DNA of 64,000 nucleotides, taken from assembly GCA_027621365.1 (NCBI GenBank), contig JAQCBH010000003.1:65737-129736 (forward strand). Direction: 5' to 3'. The notes under the pieces were generated by a model. That model worked only from the letters and a program-made list of their open reading frames with translations. It was not told the DNA's origin and ran no database searches. Made by a program: the position numbers and the translations under genes. Each line of letters starts with the position of its first letter. Position 1 is the stretch's first letter. Source of the stretch: Bacteroidota bacterium (GTDB lineage: Bacteria; Bacteroidota; Bacteroidia; NS11-12g; UBA955). Shown piece by piece: positions 30,348-39,937 of this stretch.

Positions 30348-30986
30348 ATGGCACAATTAGACACCGGAGGTGGAGCCCAAGGCGGGAAAGGCAAAAAAAG
30401 AGCAAAGAAAGCCAGCACAGCGATCGACATGACGCCAATGGTTGACTTGGCCTTCTTGTTGTTGACCTTTTTCGTATTGACTTCAACCTTCTCAAAGCCG
30501 AAAGTTCTCCGAATGATTTTTCCGGAGAAAATCGACAAAAACGATCCAGCTATGAAGGCTCCTGAGGTGAAAAATGGTCTGACCATTTTACTCACAGGAG
30601 AGAATAAGATCTATTATTATAAGGGTTCTTTGAGACCAGAGACCGAGTTGATTGAAACCGATTATACCAAAGATGGCGTTCGCAAAGTCTTGGTTGAAAG
30701 TAATTTGGATTTGTTGACTCAGTTGAAAGGTTTTCAGGAAGAGCTGAATAAAATTGACGAGAAGGATACGGCGAAGACCAACGCTATCAATGCGCAGGTA
30801 ACCCAAGCACAGAAAGATTCCAAGCTCGTTGTTTTGCTCAAGCACGATAAAAAGGCCACTTACGGTAATGTCATCGATATCATGGACGAATTCTTGATTG
30901 CACGGATCGCTAAGTATTTCAAGGTCGATGATGACATGGCTGAGATGGAGAAGAAACTAATCGCTGACTATCAATCAAGGGGGTAA
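30348..30986 (+). CDS. exbD: ExbD/TolR biopolymer transport protein (second copy)
   Basis: DMTPMVDLAFLLLTFFVL; ATYGNVIDIMDE. Confidence 0.9.
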   Translation: MAQLDTGGGAQGGKGKKRAKKASTAIDMTPMVDLAFLLLTFFVLTSTFSKPKVLRMIFPEKIDKNDPAMKAPEVKNGLTILLTGENKIYYYKGSLRPETELIETDYTKDGVRKVLVESNLDLLTQLKGFQEELNKIDEKDTAKTNAINAQVTQAQKDSKLVVLLKHDKKATYGNVIDIMDEFLIARIAKYFKVDDDMAEMEKKLIADYQSRG

Positions 30987-30989
30987 GCA

Positions 30990-31808
30990 ATGGCAGAAAA
31001 TATGTTCAATCAATGGGAGCAAATAGATTCAAGCGATCGCTTGGAGCTCGTATTTGCCGACCGATTCAAAGGCTATGGCGCTTATGTTATTCGTAAGCAG
31101 TTCAAAAGAGGACAAGTCATTGCCACACTTTCCGCCTGTTTGTTCGCCTTATTGGCTGCCTCTACGCCTTATATCTTGAACGCCATCAACGGTCAAGAAG
31201 AGGAGACGAAGACAGTCAAATTGGTCGTGACGAATTTGGATGACGTAGAAGCGCCTGAAGAGGAAGAAGAGAAGCCCGATGAGCCACCTCCAATCGAGGA
31301 GCCCGAGCCCATCGCTACCCAGGCCTACGCTGTACCTGAAATCAATGAAGACGCCACTGAAGATTCACCCATCAATCCTCCTGATTTGGTTCAAAATGCA
31401 GGTCTACAGGATCAAGCGGGTTCAGATGACTTCTTGGCGCCTGACATGAATACTGGAGGCGGTTCAGGTCCTTTCCAGGGCGATGACGGTCCTAAAACCA
31501 AAGTAGACATTCGGGCTGAATACCCGGGTGGAGAAAAGGCCTTCCGCGACTACGTCAAATACGAGTTCATTTACCCCATTCGCTGCCAAGACGAAGGCAT
31601 CAATGGATCGGTGAACTTGCGTTTCATTGTAGATAAGACGGGTCGTATCAGCAACATTCAGGTTTTGGATGAAACCAAGAGTTGCCCCGAGTTTACCCAA
31701 GAAGCCATTCGTGTTCTGAAGGCATCCAAGCGATGGATTCCCGCTCAGGTGAATGGCAACTTCACCACGGCTTGGCGCGAATTGCCCATCAAGCTGGCGG
31801 TTGAGTAA
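30990..31808 (+). CDS. tonB: Energy transducer TonB
   Basis: LVF..R..GYGAY, TM helix, E/P-rich linker, TonB_C (YPGG...FIVDKTG...WIPA). Confidence 0.9.
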   Translation: MAENMFNQWEQIDSSDRLELVFADRFKGYGAYVIRKQFKRGQVIATLSACLFALLAASTPYILNAINGQEEETKTVKLVVTNLDDVEAPEEEEEKPDEPPPIEEPEPIATQAYAVPEINEDATEDSPINPPDLVQNAGLQDQAGSDDFLAPDMNTGGGSGPFQGDDGPKTKVDIRAEYPGGEKAFRDYVKYEFIYPIRCQDEGINGSVNLRFIVDKTGRISNIQVLDETKSCPEFTQEAIRVLKASKRWIPAQVNGNFTTAWRELPIKLAVE

Positions 31809-31834
31809 ACGAAACCACAATCTGTGAATAAGAG

Positions 31835-31864
31835 AAGGAGCGGCCATGGCCGCTCCTTTTTTTT
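31835..31864 (+). terminator. Intrinsic terminator after tonB
   Basis: AAGGAGCGGCCATGGCCGCTCCTT inverted repeat followed by a T tract. Confidence 0.88.
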
Positions 31865-31883
31865 GTTGCCCTACCTTTGATTC

Positions 31884-33347
31884 ATGCTGCGCGTTCGCGA
31901 TTTGCACATATCGACACCTTCCAAAACCCTGCTGCGATTGCCAGCCATCGACTTTCAGCCGGGAAGGGTGCACGCCATCATTGGGGAAAGCGGTTCAGGC
32001 AAAAGCTTGTTGTTGTTGGCCTTGATGGGTTTGTTGGCTCCCGAATTGAAACTAGAGGCCACAGCAATGGGTACATCCAGTGAAGATTGGTTGAATCTAG
32101 AATGGCGACAATGGCAACAAAAGAGAGGAAAGGAGTTGGGCATGGTCTTTCAGGAGCCCATGACGGCCCTAAATCCTCAAATGAAATGCGGAAAGCAACT
32201 GTTGGAGGCTTATCGTGTGCATCAGCCAGAAACCTCGCTGGAAGCAGCCCGTGAACATTGCATGGCGAAGCTCGAAAGAGCGGGGTTGGCAGGTTTAGCC
32301 CCCCGTGTAATGGATTCCTATCCCCATGAATTGAGCGGTGGTCAGCGACAACGCGTAGTGATTGCCATGGCTTGCATGCATGATCCGGCTTGGGTATTGG
32401 CCGATGAGCCCACAACGGCCTTGGATTCTTTTTCTCGTCAGGCCGTCATGAGTGATTTGCAGCGTATGTGCCAAGAGCAGGGTTCGGGATTGATATGGGT
32501 TTCCCATGAACTGGACATTGTTCCTCAATTGGCAGACGATATCAGCGTTTTGCGAAAAGGAGAACTGTTGGTCACTGGCTCCGTCCAAGAGGTGTTGAAT
32601 TCGCCCGATCCGCATTCCTATGTTCAAGAATTGCTAGCGGCTTTGCCTAAGGGAAGCATGAAACCCAGTCGCAAAGAAGAGTTGGTGTTGGACATTCAAA
32701 ATCTGTCCAAATCTTATAGGAAGGGGACCCAAGTTCTTCCCGTATTGAAAAACTTGAGCATTCAGGTTTATCGGGGTGAAACCCTAGTAATTCTGGGCAA
32801 AAGTGGCTCCGGTAAAAGCACCATCGCCAAAATATTGACCGGACTGGAATCCCTCGATTCCGGTCGCATTGACTACAAGGGCAAGCCTTTGCCTACGAAA
32901 GGACCCACCGGCATCCAGATGGTCTTTCAAGATCCCTATGCCTCTCTCAATCCGCAGGTAGACAATTGGTATGCTTTGGCTGAAATATTGGCCCTGCACC
33001 ACGGAGGCAAAGCCGGAGATTATCGCCGCCAGGCCAAAGAGGCCATGAGGCAAGTTCAATTGCCCGAATCCTTGTGGTCAGCAAGGCCCAGCCAAATGAG
33101 CGGTGGTCAGCGCCAGCGCTTGTGCATTGCCCGAGCCTTAATGAGCGAGCCTGAAGTCTTAGTATTGGACGAAGCGGTAGCGGCACTCGACCCATTGGTT
33201 CAGGCATCCGTGTTGGATTTGTTGAAGGCCTTGCAGCAGCGCACGGGAATGGTGTATGTGTTCATTACCCATGACCAAGCCGTGGCACGCAGCATGGGTC
33301 ACAGCATCGTTTATTTGGAAGAGGGCGAAGTGCGTCCCTATTCTTGA
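31884..33347 (+). CDS. ABC transporter ATP-binding protein, fused double domain (peptide/nickel family)
   Basis: Two Walker A motifs (GESGSGKS, GKSGSGKS) and two SGGQRQR signatures. Confidence 0.92.
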   Translation: MLRVRDLHISTPSKTLLRLPAIDFQPGRVHAIIGESGSGKSLLLLALMGLLAPELKLEATAMGTSSEDWLNLEWRQWQQKRGKELGMVFQEPMTALNPQMKCGKQLLEAYRVHQPETSLEAAREHCMAKLERAGLAGLAPRVMDSYPHELSGGQRQRVVIAMACMHDPAWVLADEPTTALDSFSRQAVMSDLQRMCQEQGSGLIWVSHELDIVPQLADDISVLRKGELLVTGSVQEVLNSPDPHSYVQELLAALPKGSMKPSRKEELVLDIQNLSKSYRKGTQVLPVLKNLSIQVYRGETLVILGKSGSGKSTIAKILTGLESLDSGRIDYKGKPLPTKGPTGIQMVFQDPYASLNPQVDNWYALAEILALHHGGKAGDYRRQAKEAMRQVQLPESLWSARPSQMSGGQRQRLCIARALMSEPEVLVLDEAVAALDPLVQASVLDLLKALQQRTGMVYVFITHDQAVARSMGHSIVYLEEGEVRPYS

Positions 33348-33411
33348 TCGATTGAGCGATAAGTGGAAATCCAAGTTTGCACCTTTGTCTGCTCTGGCGT
33401 AACCTTGAATC

Positions 33412-34245
33412 ATGCATATAAGGCTCCTGTTTTTGCTCCTGTTTTGCTGGGGATTCGCGTCGACTCTCCAAGCACAAACAAGCAGCACCATTCCGGCTAC
33501 CCACAAAGTCAAAAAGGGGGAGACCCTGTATGGCATTGGCCGAATGTATGGGATGACCGTACCCCAGCTTCAGAAAATGAATCCGGGCATAGGGGTATTG
33601 CAACCGGGTATGAAGCTCAATGTTCTCAAAACCATTACCCTTCCCCAAACCCGTCAGGAGACTGAAGCCAGTCCAGATCCGATCTATGGGACCGTGGTGC
33701 ACAACGTGCAAGCGGGCGAGACGCTGTATGCCCTGTCTCGCAAATACGGAGTAGGGGTTTCTGAGATTAAATCAGCCAACGGGCTGAGTTCTGATGTCTT
33801 GTCCATTGGTCAACGATTGAACATTCCGCGTCAGTTGATTCAAACACCCGTGCCTGAAGAAATACCTGTTCCGACTACTCCAAGAACGGTCCCTGTAACT
33901 CCGGTTCCAGAAAACCGCGCCGGAGGGATGCCAGAGACTGTGAGAAACTCTGCGCCCAGCAGAACCATGGAGAACAAACAATGGTCAGGTTCTGCCTCTG
34001 TAAACCCAGCTATCGATGCTCAGCGCCCCTGGGTGTATTTCGATCTGGGTTCTTCTTTTGGCTCAGCGCCCGTTGTGGTAGCGGTCATCAATCCCGCCAA
34101 TCAGCAAGTTCTATACTGCACCGTACAAGGCAAACCCAGCAGGGGCAATCAATTGGAGGTTTCTCAGTGGGTGGCCGATCGTTTGGGCATGGTTTCGGTT
34201 GGGGCTCCTGTTGTCGTGACCTATGCCAAGCCTATTTCAGAATAA
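33412..34245 (+). CDS. LysM peptidoglycan-binding protein (two LysM domains, RlpA/DPBB-like C-terminus)
   Basis: HKVKKGETLYGI and HNVQAGETLYALSRKYGV; signal peptide. Confidence 0.85.
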   Translation: MHIRLLFLLLFCWGFASTLQAQTSSTIPATHKVKKGETLYGIGRMYGMTVPQLQKMNPGIGVLQPGMKLNVLKTITLPQTRQETEASPDPIYGTVVHNVQAGETLYALSRKYGVGVSEIKSANGLSSDVLSIGQRLNIPRQLIQTPVPEEIPVPTTPRTVPVTPVPENRAGGMPETVRNSAPSRTMENKQWSGSASVNPAIDAQRPWVYFDLGSSFGSAPVVVAVINPANQQVLYCTVQGKPSRGNQLEVSQWVADRLGMVSVGAPVVVTYAKPISE

Positions 34246-35425
34246 GGAAATTGCAGCGGCAGATGCCTCTGTTTGGGCTTTCATCCTAGCCGTAGCAAGC
34301 ATTCATTTTAGCCCTGCTATTGCATCGATCAGCTTGGCAATGGCCTTGATCGCTTTGTTGCTGTCAGGTTCAGAAAGGCGCATACAGTGGTTGGGCTTGT
34401 CAGTGGCTTTATTGTTGGTTTTACTGGAGTTCCTGGGATCAGTTCATCATCAGCGATTGCTGCTTCATTTGCCCTTGTATGTAGCCATGAGCGTTCATTT
34501 TGGGCCTTTGATGGCGCAGAGGTGGATCAACCGTTTTTACAAACTATGGTGGGCTTGGGTATTGCCCGTTATCTGGATTTCTTTGGCTTCCTTGTTGGAG
34601 TTTGCTCAACATCCGGAGTTTTACCGCCAAATGGTCATGGAAAGCAAACCCATGCCCTTGTTTAGCCAGGTTTATCACATTGAATATTCGGTCATTCAGG
34701 CCGTGTTGGTTTTGCTGTTGTTGAAGGGGTTGTTGAGCCGTCAAGTCGAAAATAGGTCCAGGGCCTGGGCAGTTCTTGTGTTGATGATTCTCTGTTTGCA
34801 TGCTCTTTCCGCACGCACGGGAATACTGGCCTTTTGGGTAGGGATGTTGGGTTTGTTATGGCCCTACAGACAGCGATTGAATTGGAAATATATTGGGTTC
34901 GTTCCCGTTGTTGTGCTGTTGCTCAGCTTGGGGACCATGCGTGAACGATTGAGTAATTCTTGGCAAGATTTGCAGACCTTGTTGCAAAACAGCGATCCCA
35001 ATCATCAGTCAATGGCTCAGCGATGGGAGGCATGGAAAGCGGCATGGCAGAGCATTCAGCACAAGCCCCTGGTGGGCTGGGGAAGTGGTCAAGTAGACCA
35101 AGCCATGGCCTGGTCTTACCAACAACAAACCGAGTTGAATGCTGAGAATTGGATTGGTCCACACAATCAATTCTTGGAGTTGGCCTTGCAAGGCGGCTTA
35201 TTGGCTGTGTTTTTGATCTTGGTTTGGGGTTTTGATTTCCTGCGTCGATCGTCTGATATCGCTTGGACTGCGGGTTTGGGCGTTGCTATGGTATTTGAGA
35301 GCTTAGGAGAGCGCCAGGCCGGTGTTTTGATGCTGGTTTTGGTGCTTATTTTTGTTCAAATGGAGACGAATAGACCCGCAAGGCATGAAAAAAGTGTAAA
35401 TGAAGCAGGATTGCTTGATTTATGA
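34223..35425 (+). CDS. O-antigen ligase family membrane protein
   Basis: SARTG, S..QRWEAW, PLVGWGSG, PHNQFLE. Confidence 0.8.
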   Translation: MPSLFQNKEIAAADASVWAFILAVASIHFSPAIASISLAMALIALLLSGSERRIQWLGLSVALLLVLLEFLGSVHHQRLLLHLPLYVAMSVHFGPLMAQRWINRFYKLWWAWVLPVIWISLASLLEFAQHPEFYRQMVMESKPMPLFSQVYHIEYSVIQAVLVLLLLKGLLSRQVENRSRAWAVLVLMILCLHALSARTGILAFWVGMLGLLWPYRQRLNWKYIGFVPVVVLLLSLGTMRERLSNSWQDLQTLLQNSDPNHQSMAQRWEAWKAAWQSIQHKPLVGWGSGQVDQAMAWSYQQQTELNAENWIGPHNQFLELALQGGLLAVFLILVWGFDFLRRSSDIAWTAGLGVAMVFESLGERQAGVLMLVLVLIFVQMETNRPARHEKSVNEAGLLDL

Positions 35426-35437
35426 AGATTGCATTGC

Positions 35438-35445
35438 TATATTTG
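35438..35445 (+). promoter_or_regulatory. -7 promoter element for the rpmB operon
   Basis: TATATTTG, 14 nt before the rpmB ATG. Confidence 0.7.
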
Positions 35446-35459
35446 CAGCCCCAAAAATT

Positions 35460-35693
35460 ATGTCTCGCGTTTGTGATTTAACCGGAAAAAAGGCTATCAA
35501 GGGTAACAACGTTTCGCACTCTAACCGTAAAACGAAGCGTAGATTTTACCCCAACCTTCAGACTAAAAAGTTCTTCATTCCCGAAACTGGAGAGTGGATT
35601 ACATTGAAAGTTGCTGCCTCTACCATCAAGACTATCGACAAGAAGGGTATCTCTTCTTGCATCAACAATTTGTTCAAAACAGGAAAGATTTAA
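35460..35693 (+). CDS. rpmB: 50S ribosomal protein L28
   Basis: MSRVCDLTGK...GNNVSHSNRKTKRRFYPNLQ. Confidence 0.98.
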   Translation: MSRVCDLTGKKAIKGNNVSHSNRKTKRRFYPNLQTKKFFIPETGEWITLKVAASTIKTIDKKGISSCINNLFKTGKI

Positions 35694-35696
35694 ACG

Positions 35697-35879
35697 ATGG
35701 CTAAGAAAGGCAACCGTGTTCAGGTGATTTTGGAATGCACCGAGCAGAAAGGTTCTGGCGTACCCGGCATGAGCCGTTACATCACAACCAAGAATAAGAA
35801 AAATACAGCCGAGCGCATCGAGCTGAAGAAGTACAACCCTTACATGCGTAAAGTAACCGTCCATAAGGAGATTAAGTAA
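35697..35879 (+). CDS. rpmG: 50S ribosomal protein L33
   Basis: [16 protein letters not shown]...[22 protein letters not shown]. Confidence 0.98.
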   Translation: MAKKGNRVQVILECTEQKGSGVPGMSRYITTKNKKNTAERIELKKYNPYMRKVTVHKEIK

Positions 35880-36031
35880 TGGCTAAGAAAGTAGTTGCTA
35901 CCCTGAAAAAAGAAGGTGGTCAGGAATACGTGAAAGTGATTCGCACCATCAAATCTGCCAAATCTGGCGCTTACACCTTTAAGGAGGAAATCGTTCCTGC
36001 TGAATTGGTAAAAGCCACTTTGGAGAAATAA
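35879..36031 (+). CDS. DUF4295 small protein (Bacteroidota ribosomal protein bL38)
   Basis: Below the ORF-track length cutoff. Translates to [50 protein letters not shown] (50 aa). TAATG overlap with rpmG; sits between rpmG and ftsY. Confidence 0.9.
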   Translation: MAKKVVATLKKEGGQEYVKVIRTIKSAKSGAYTFKEEIVPAELVKATLEK

Positions 36032-36048
36032 ACCCATTTGCAAACGCG

Positions 36049-36078
36049 AAAAGCCCCAATTCTTGGGGCTTTTTTTTT
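36049..36078 (+). terminator. Intrinsic terminator of rpmB-rpmG-DUF4295
   Basis: AAAAGCCCCAA-TTC-TTGGGGCTTTTTTTTT. Confidence 0.88.
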
Positions 36079-36096
36079 GCTAACTTCCCTACATCT

Positions 36097-37068
36097 ATGG
36101 CCCTATTCTCTTGGTTTAAGAAAAAAACCGAATCCAACCCTGAAGAGCGCACCCAAACGCAGCAAGCTCTAGGGGCAACCCGTGAGAACTTATGGGGTAA
36201 AATGACGCGTGCATTGACGGGCAAACGCTCCATTGATGCTGATTTTCTCGAAGAGCTTGAATCCATTTTGGTCGGTGCTGATTTGGGCGTAGATACGGCT
36301 GTTTCTTTGATTGAGCAATTGGAAGAGCAGGTCAAGAGCCAAGGTTATTTGACCACTGAGGAATTGAAATCCTGGATGGTACAGCGCATGCAATCGCTCA
36401 TCCCTGATATTCCTGAACAAGTGGCCCCTGATTTTTCACTTAGTGGTGGAGTAAAACCCTACGTTGTATTGGTAGTAGGAGTCAACGGCGTTGGCAAAAC
36501 AACCACCATAGGCAAAATGGCCCATCGCTATGTTCAAGAAGGCAAGAAAGTGGTACTCGGAGCGGCTGATACCTTTCGGGCAGCCGCCGTTGATCAATTG
36601 GGCATTTGGAAAGATCGCACAGGCGCTGAGATCGTTTCCATGGGCATGGGCGCCGATCCCGCCTCTGTGGCCTTTGAAACGCTAAAACAAGGCAAAGAAA
36701 TGGGAGCCGATGTCATCATTGTTGATACTGCTGGACGATTGCACAACAAAGTGGGCTTGATGAATGAATTGGGCAAGATCAAGCGAGTCATGCAAAAATT
36801 CCAGCCCGATGCTCCTCACGAAGTGGTGTTGGTGATTGACGCTACAACCGGCCAAAATGCCTTTGAGCAAGCCCGCCAATTCGCGGCAGCCACTCAGGTC
36901 AATGCTTTGGCTGTGACTAAGTTGGACGGTACGGCAAAGGGCGGGGTATTGATTGGCGTTAGCCATGAATTCCAAATGCCTGTCAAGTATGTCGGGTTGG
37001 GTGAAGGAGCAGAAGATTTGCGTTTGTTCGATAAACAGGCATTTGTAGAATCCATTTTTGAATCGTGA
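36097..37068 (+). CDS. ftsY: Signal recognition particle receptor FtsY
   Basis: GVNGVGKTTT, DTFRAAA, DTAGRLH, TKLDGTAKGG. Confidence 0.98.
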   Translation: MALFSWFKKKTESNPEERTQTQQALGATRENLWGKMTRALTGKRSIDADFLEELESILVGADLGVDTAVSLIEQLEEQVKSQGYLTTEELKSWMVQRMQSLIPDIPEQVAPDFSLSGGVKPYVVLVVGVNGVGKTTTIGKMAHRYVQEGKKVVLGAADTFRAAAVDQLGIWKDRTGAEIVSMGMGADPASVAFETLKQGKEMGADVIIVDTAGRLHNKVGLMNELGKIKRVMQKFQPDAPHEVVLVIDATTGQNAFEQARQFAAATQVNALAVTKLDGTAKGGVLIGVSHEFQMPVKYVGLGEGAEDLRLFDKQAFVESIFES

Positions 37069-38372
37069 AAACCAAAAGTAACGCCCAGCCCAAAGTCAAT
37101 GTCATTACATTGGGTTGCAGCAAGAATACGGTAGACAGTGAAGTGCTGATGGGGCAGTTGAAGGCCTCCAAGTTCGATGTTCATCACGAAAGTGATCAGG
37201 ATGCAGACATCGTCATTGTCAATACCTGCGGCTTTATTGATAACGCCAAAGAAGAGAGCATCAATACCATACTCCAATATGCCGAGGCCAAAAAAGCGGG
37301 GCATCTGGAGAAGTTGTATGTAACGGGCTGTTTGTCTCATCGCTACAAAGACGATTTGCAGGCTGAGATCAAAGAGGTTGACGCTTGGTTCGGTACACTC
37401 GACATGCCGCATCTATTGCGCACTGTGGGTGCCGATTATCGTCATGAGTTGATTGGCGAGCGCATGACCACCACGCCCAAGCACTATGCCTATTTGAAAA
37501 TCTCCGAAGGATGCAACCGTCCCTGTTCCTTTTGCGCCATCCCCTTGATGCGTGGAGGGCATGTGAGCAAGCCCTTGGAGATGATCGTCAAAGAGACCGA
37601 GAACTTAGTGAAATCTGGGGTAAAGGAAATCATGTTGATCGCTCAAGATTCCACCTACTATGGATTGGATCTCTACGGCGAGCGCAAATTGGCTGAATTA
37701 TTGGCCCGCGTCAGTGATGTGGAGGGCTTGGAATGGATACGATTGCATTATGCTTATCCGTCGCAATTCCCGATGGATGCCCTCAAAGTCATGGCCGAAA
37801 GAAGCAACATTTGCAAGTATTTGGACATACCCATCCAACACATTTCAGACAATATGTTGAAATCCATGCGCAGGGGCATTACCCAGCGTAGAACCTTGGA
37901 GGTCTTGAATGCCATTCGGGAAGAAGTACCGGGAATAGCGCTGCGCACCACATTTTTGGTAGGCCATCCGGGTGAAACAGAAGAAGACGTCAAAGCCTTG
38001 TTGGATTCGATTGATCAAATACGATTCGAACGATTGGGTGTGTTTACCTACAGCCATGAAGACAATACACATGCTCATACCCTGGTTGATGATGTGCCGG
38101 CGGCTGAAAAACAACGCCGAGCCGATGCTGTAATGGCCAAGCAAATGGAAGTTAGTTGGGCCTTCAATCAGTCTTTGGTAGGGTCGGTCCAAAAGGTGTT
38201 GTTCGACCGCTTGGAGGGTGATGAGTTTGTCGGACGCACACAATTTGACAGCCCAGAGGTTGACAATGAAGTTCGAGTCCCAGCCACCGGGAATTATGTG
38301 CGCATGGGGGATTTTGCCGATGTTCGCATCACAGAAGCCAGCCATTATGACCTCTTTGGAACCCTCATATAA
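37065..38372 (+). CDS. rimO: Ribosomal protein S12 methylthiotransferase
   Basis: LGCSKNTVDSE, NTCGFI, CNRPCSFC radical-SAM motif, TRAM domain (DSPEVD). Confidence 0.95.
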   Translation: MKTKSNAQPKVNVITLGCSKNTVDSEVLMGQLKASKFDVHHESDQDADIVIVNTCGFIDNAKEESINTILQYAEAKKAGHLEKLYVTGCLSHRYKDDLQAEIKEVDAWFGTLDMPHLLRTVGADYRHELIGERMTTTPKHYAYLKISEGCNRPCSFCAIPLMRGGHVSKPLEMIVKETENLVKSGVKEIMLIAQDSTYYGLDLYGERKLAELLARVSDVEGLEWIRLHYAYPSQFPMDALKVMAERSNICKYLDIPIQHISDNMLKSMRRGITQRRTLEVLNAIREEVPGIALRTTFLVGHPGETEEDVKALLDSIDQIRFERLGVFTYSHEDNTHAHTLVDDVPAAEKQRRADAVMAKQMEVSWAFNQSLVGSVQKVLFDRLEGDEFVGRTQFDSPEVDNEVRVPATGNYVRMGDFADVRITEASHYDLFGTLI

Positions 38373-39885
38373 ATCAGGATTACGCTCATTTCCTGCCGGG
38401 TATTGGTCGCCTGAATTGTTGAATTGGGCTTGGAGTGGGAATTGTCCTTATTATCCCAAAGCAGGTCCCCCAATTGGCGCCATAACAGAACTACCAGTAT
38501 TTGATGCCGAGAAGCGGCAAGTCTTGCAGTCGGTGTTGATTCGGCAAATGCAGTCTTTGGATTTGAGTGTGGCCCAAAAGGAACATTTGCAGGCCTTAAG
38601 CCAACCCAACACCTACACGGTTTGTACCGGTCAGCAAATTCATATCGGGGGCGGTCCCTTGTTTGTATGGGCGAAAATCAGCTCGACCTTGGCTTGGGCC
38701 AAAGCCATTCAATCCCAAAACCCAGACATGCGGGTTGTTCCCGTATTTTGGATGGCGACCGAAGATCATGACTTCGATGAAATCAAGGGTCTTGATCTTT
38801 GGGGCAAACGCTACGAATTGTCGGGCCAAAAAGGTGGGCCCGTTGGGCGAATTTCAGCCGATGAGCTCAAGGCCTTAAAAGTGGCTATACTCAGCGATTT
38901 TCCTCACTTATCGGAGGCATTGAATCAATATTGGCAGGCATTTGACTCGGCTACTGATTTGGCCGATGCTTATCGCCGATTGATTCATCGGTATTTCGCC
39001 GAATCAGGTCTACTGATCTTGGATCCAGATGACTCGGAATTGAAAAAGATGGCCCTGCCTTTGTGGGAGCAAGAATTGGGATCTGGACTTTTGTACCAGG
39101 CCTTTTCTTCAGCCACATCAAAGCTTCTACAAGAGGAACAGCCGGCGCCCGCTCATGTTCGAGAGGTCAATGCCTTCTGGTTGGGTGAAAATTCTCGACA
39201 GCGCATAGAAGAGTGCCAGTCATTGGAGATCATTCATGAACGCGTAGCGGAAGTCAGCCCAAATGTGCTGTTGCGCCCCTTGTATCAGCAGGCCGTATTG
39301 CCAAACTTGGCTTACATCGCTGGCCCTACCGAGTTTCGCTATTGGTTTCAAACCACAGAGGCTTTTGACCAAGCTCAGCTTCATATGCCACAATTGTTGC
39401 TCCGTGAAGCATGGTTGGAGTTGCCCCAGTCGGTTTGGAAAAAATTGCATTCTTGGCAGTTGAGCCTGGAGGATATGGGCTTGCCAGAATCTGAGTTTCA
39501 ATCCTTGTTGGCTGGCAAATTGTCGGAATCCATGAGTGAATGGGAGGGGATTAAAAAGGAATTGGTTCAGCTCGAAGAGCGTGGCTCTCAAATGCTGTAC
39601 AAAGCCCAAAGCCCAGGTCTCAAGGACTTTAAAAAAGACCTGAACAGCGCCCAAAAGCGTTGGAGAGAAGCCATCGAATCTGAGAAGCAAAAAGGCCTAG
39701 TAGCCCTGTATGGCAAAGGGGCTGAAGAAAAAATGAAGGAATACCGCCAGCGTTACTTCAATTGGAAGTTACCGGTAGAACGCAGCCTGAATGTGTTGGA
39801 ATGGTACATGCAGAACTCGGAAAGAAATTTACCTGAACTCAATGCCTTGGATTACCAAACGCAGGGCGCCTTTAGAATCTTGTAA
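38347..39885 (+). CDS. bshC: Bacillithiol biosynthesis cysteine-adding enzyme BshC
   Basis: TGQQ...GGPL, VPVFWMATEDHDFDEI, SPNVLLRPLYQ, YIAGPTE..Y. Start uncertain. Confidence 0.88.
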   Translation: MTSLEPSYKSGLRSFPAGYWSPELLNWAWSGNCPYYPKAGPPIGAITELPVFDAEKRQVLQSVLIRQMQSLDLSVAQKEHLQALSQPNTYTVCTGQQIHIGGGPLFVWAKISSTLAWAKAIQSQNPDMRVVPVFWMATEDHDFDEIKGLDLWGKRYELSGQKGGPVGRISADELKALKVAILSDFPHLSEALNQYWQAFDSATDLADAYRRLIHRYFAESGLLILDPDDSELKKMALPLWEQELGSGLLYQAFSSATSKLLQEEQPAPAHVREVNAFWLGENSRQRIEECQSLEIIHERVAEVSPNVLLRPLYQQAVLPNLAYIAGPTEFRYWFQTTEAFDQAQLHMPQLLLREAWLELPQSVWKKLHSWQLSLEDMGLPESEFQSLLAGKLSESMSEWEGIKKELVQLEERGSQMLYKAQSPGLKDFKKDLNSAQKRWREAIESEKQKGLVALYGKGAEEKMKEYRQRYFNWKLPVERSLNVLEWYMQNSERNLPELNALDYQTQGAFRIL

Positions 39886-39937
39886 TTTCTTTGATGGAAT
39901 TTTTGAGTAGGGCTTGTTTTGGGTGTAATATAGCAGA

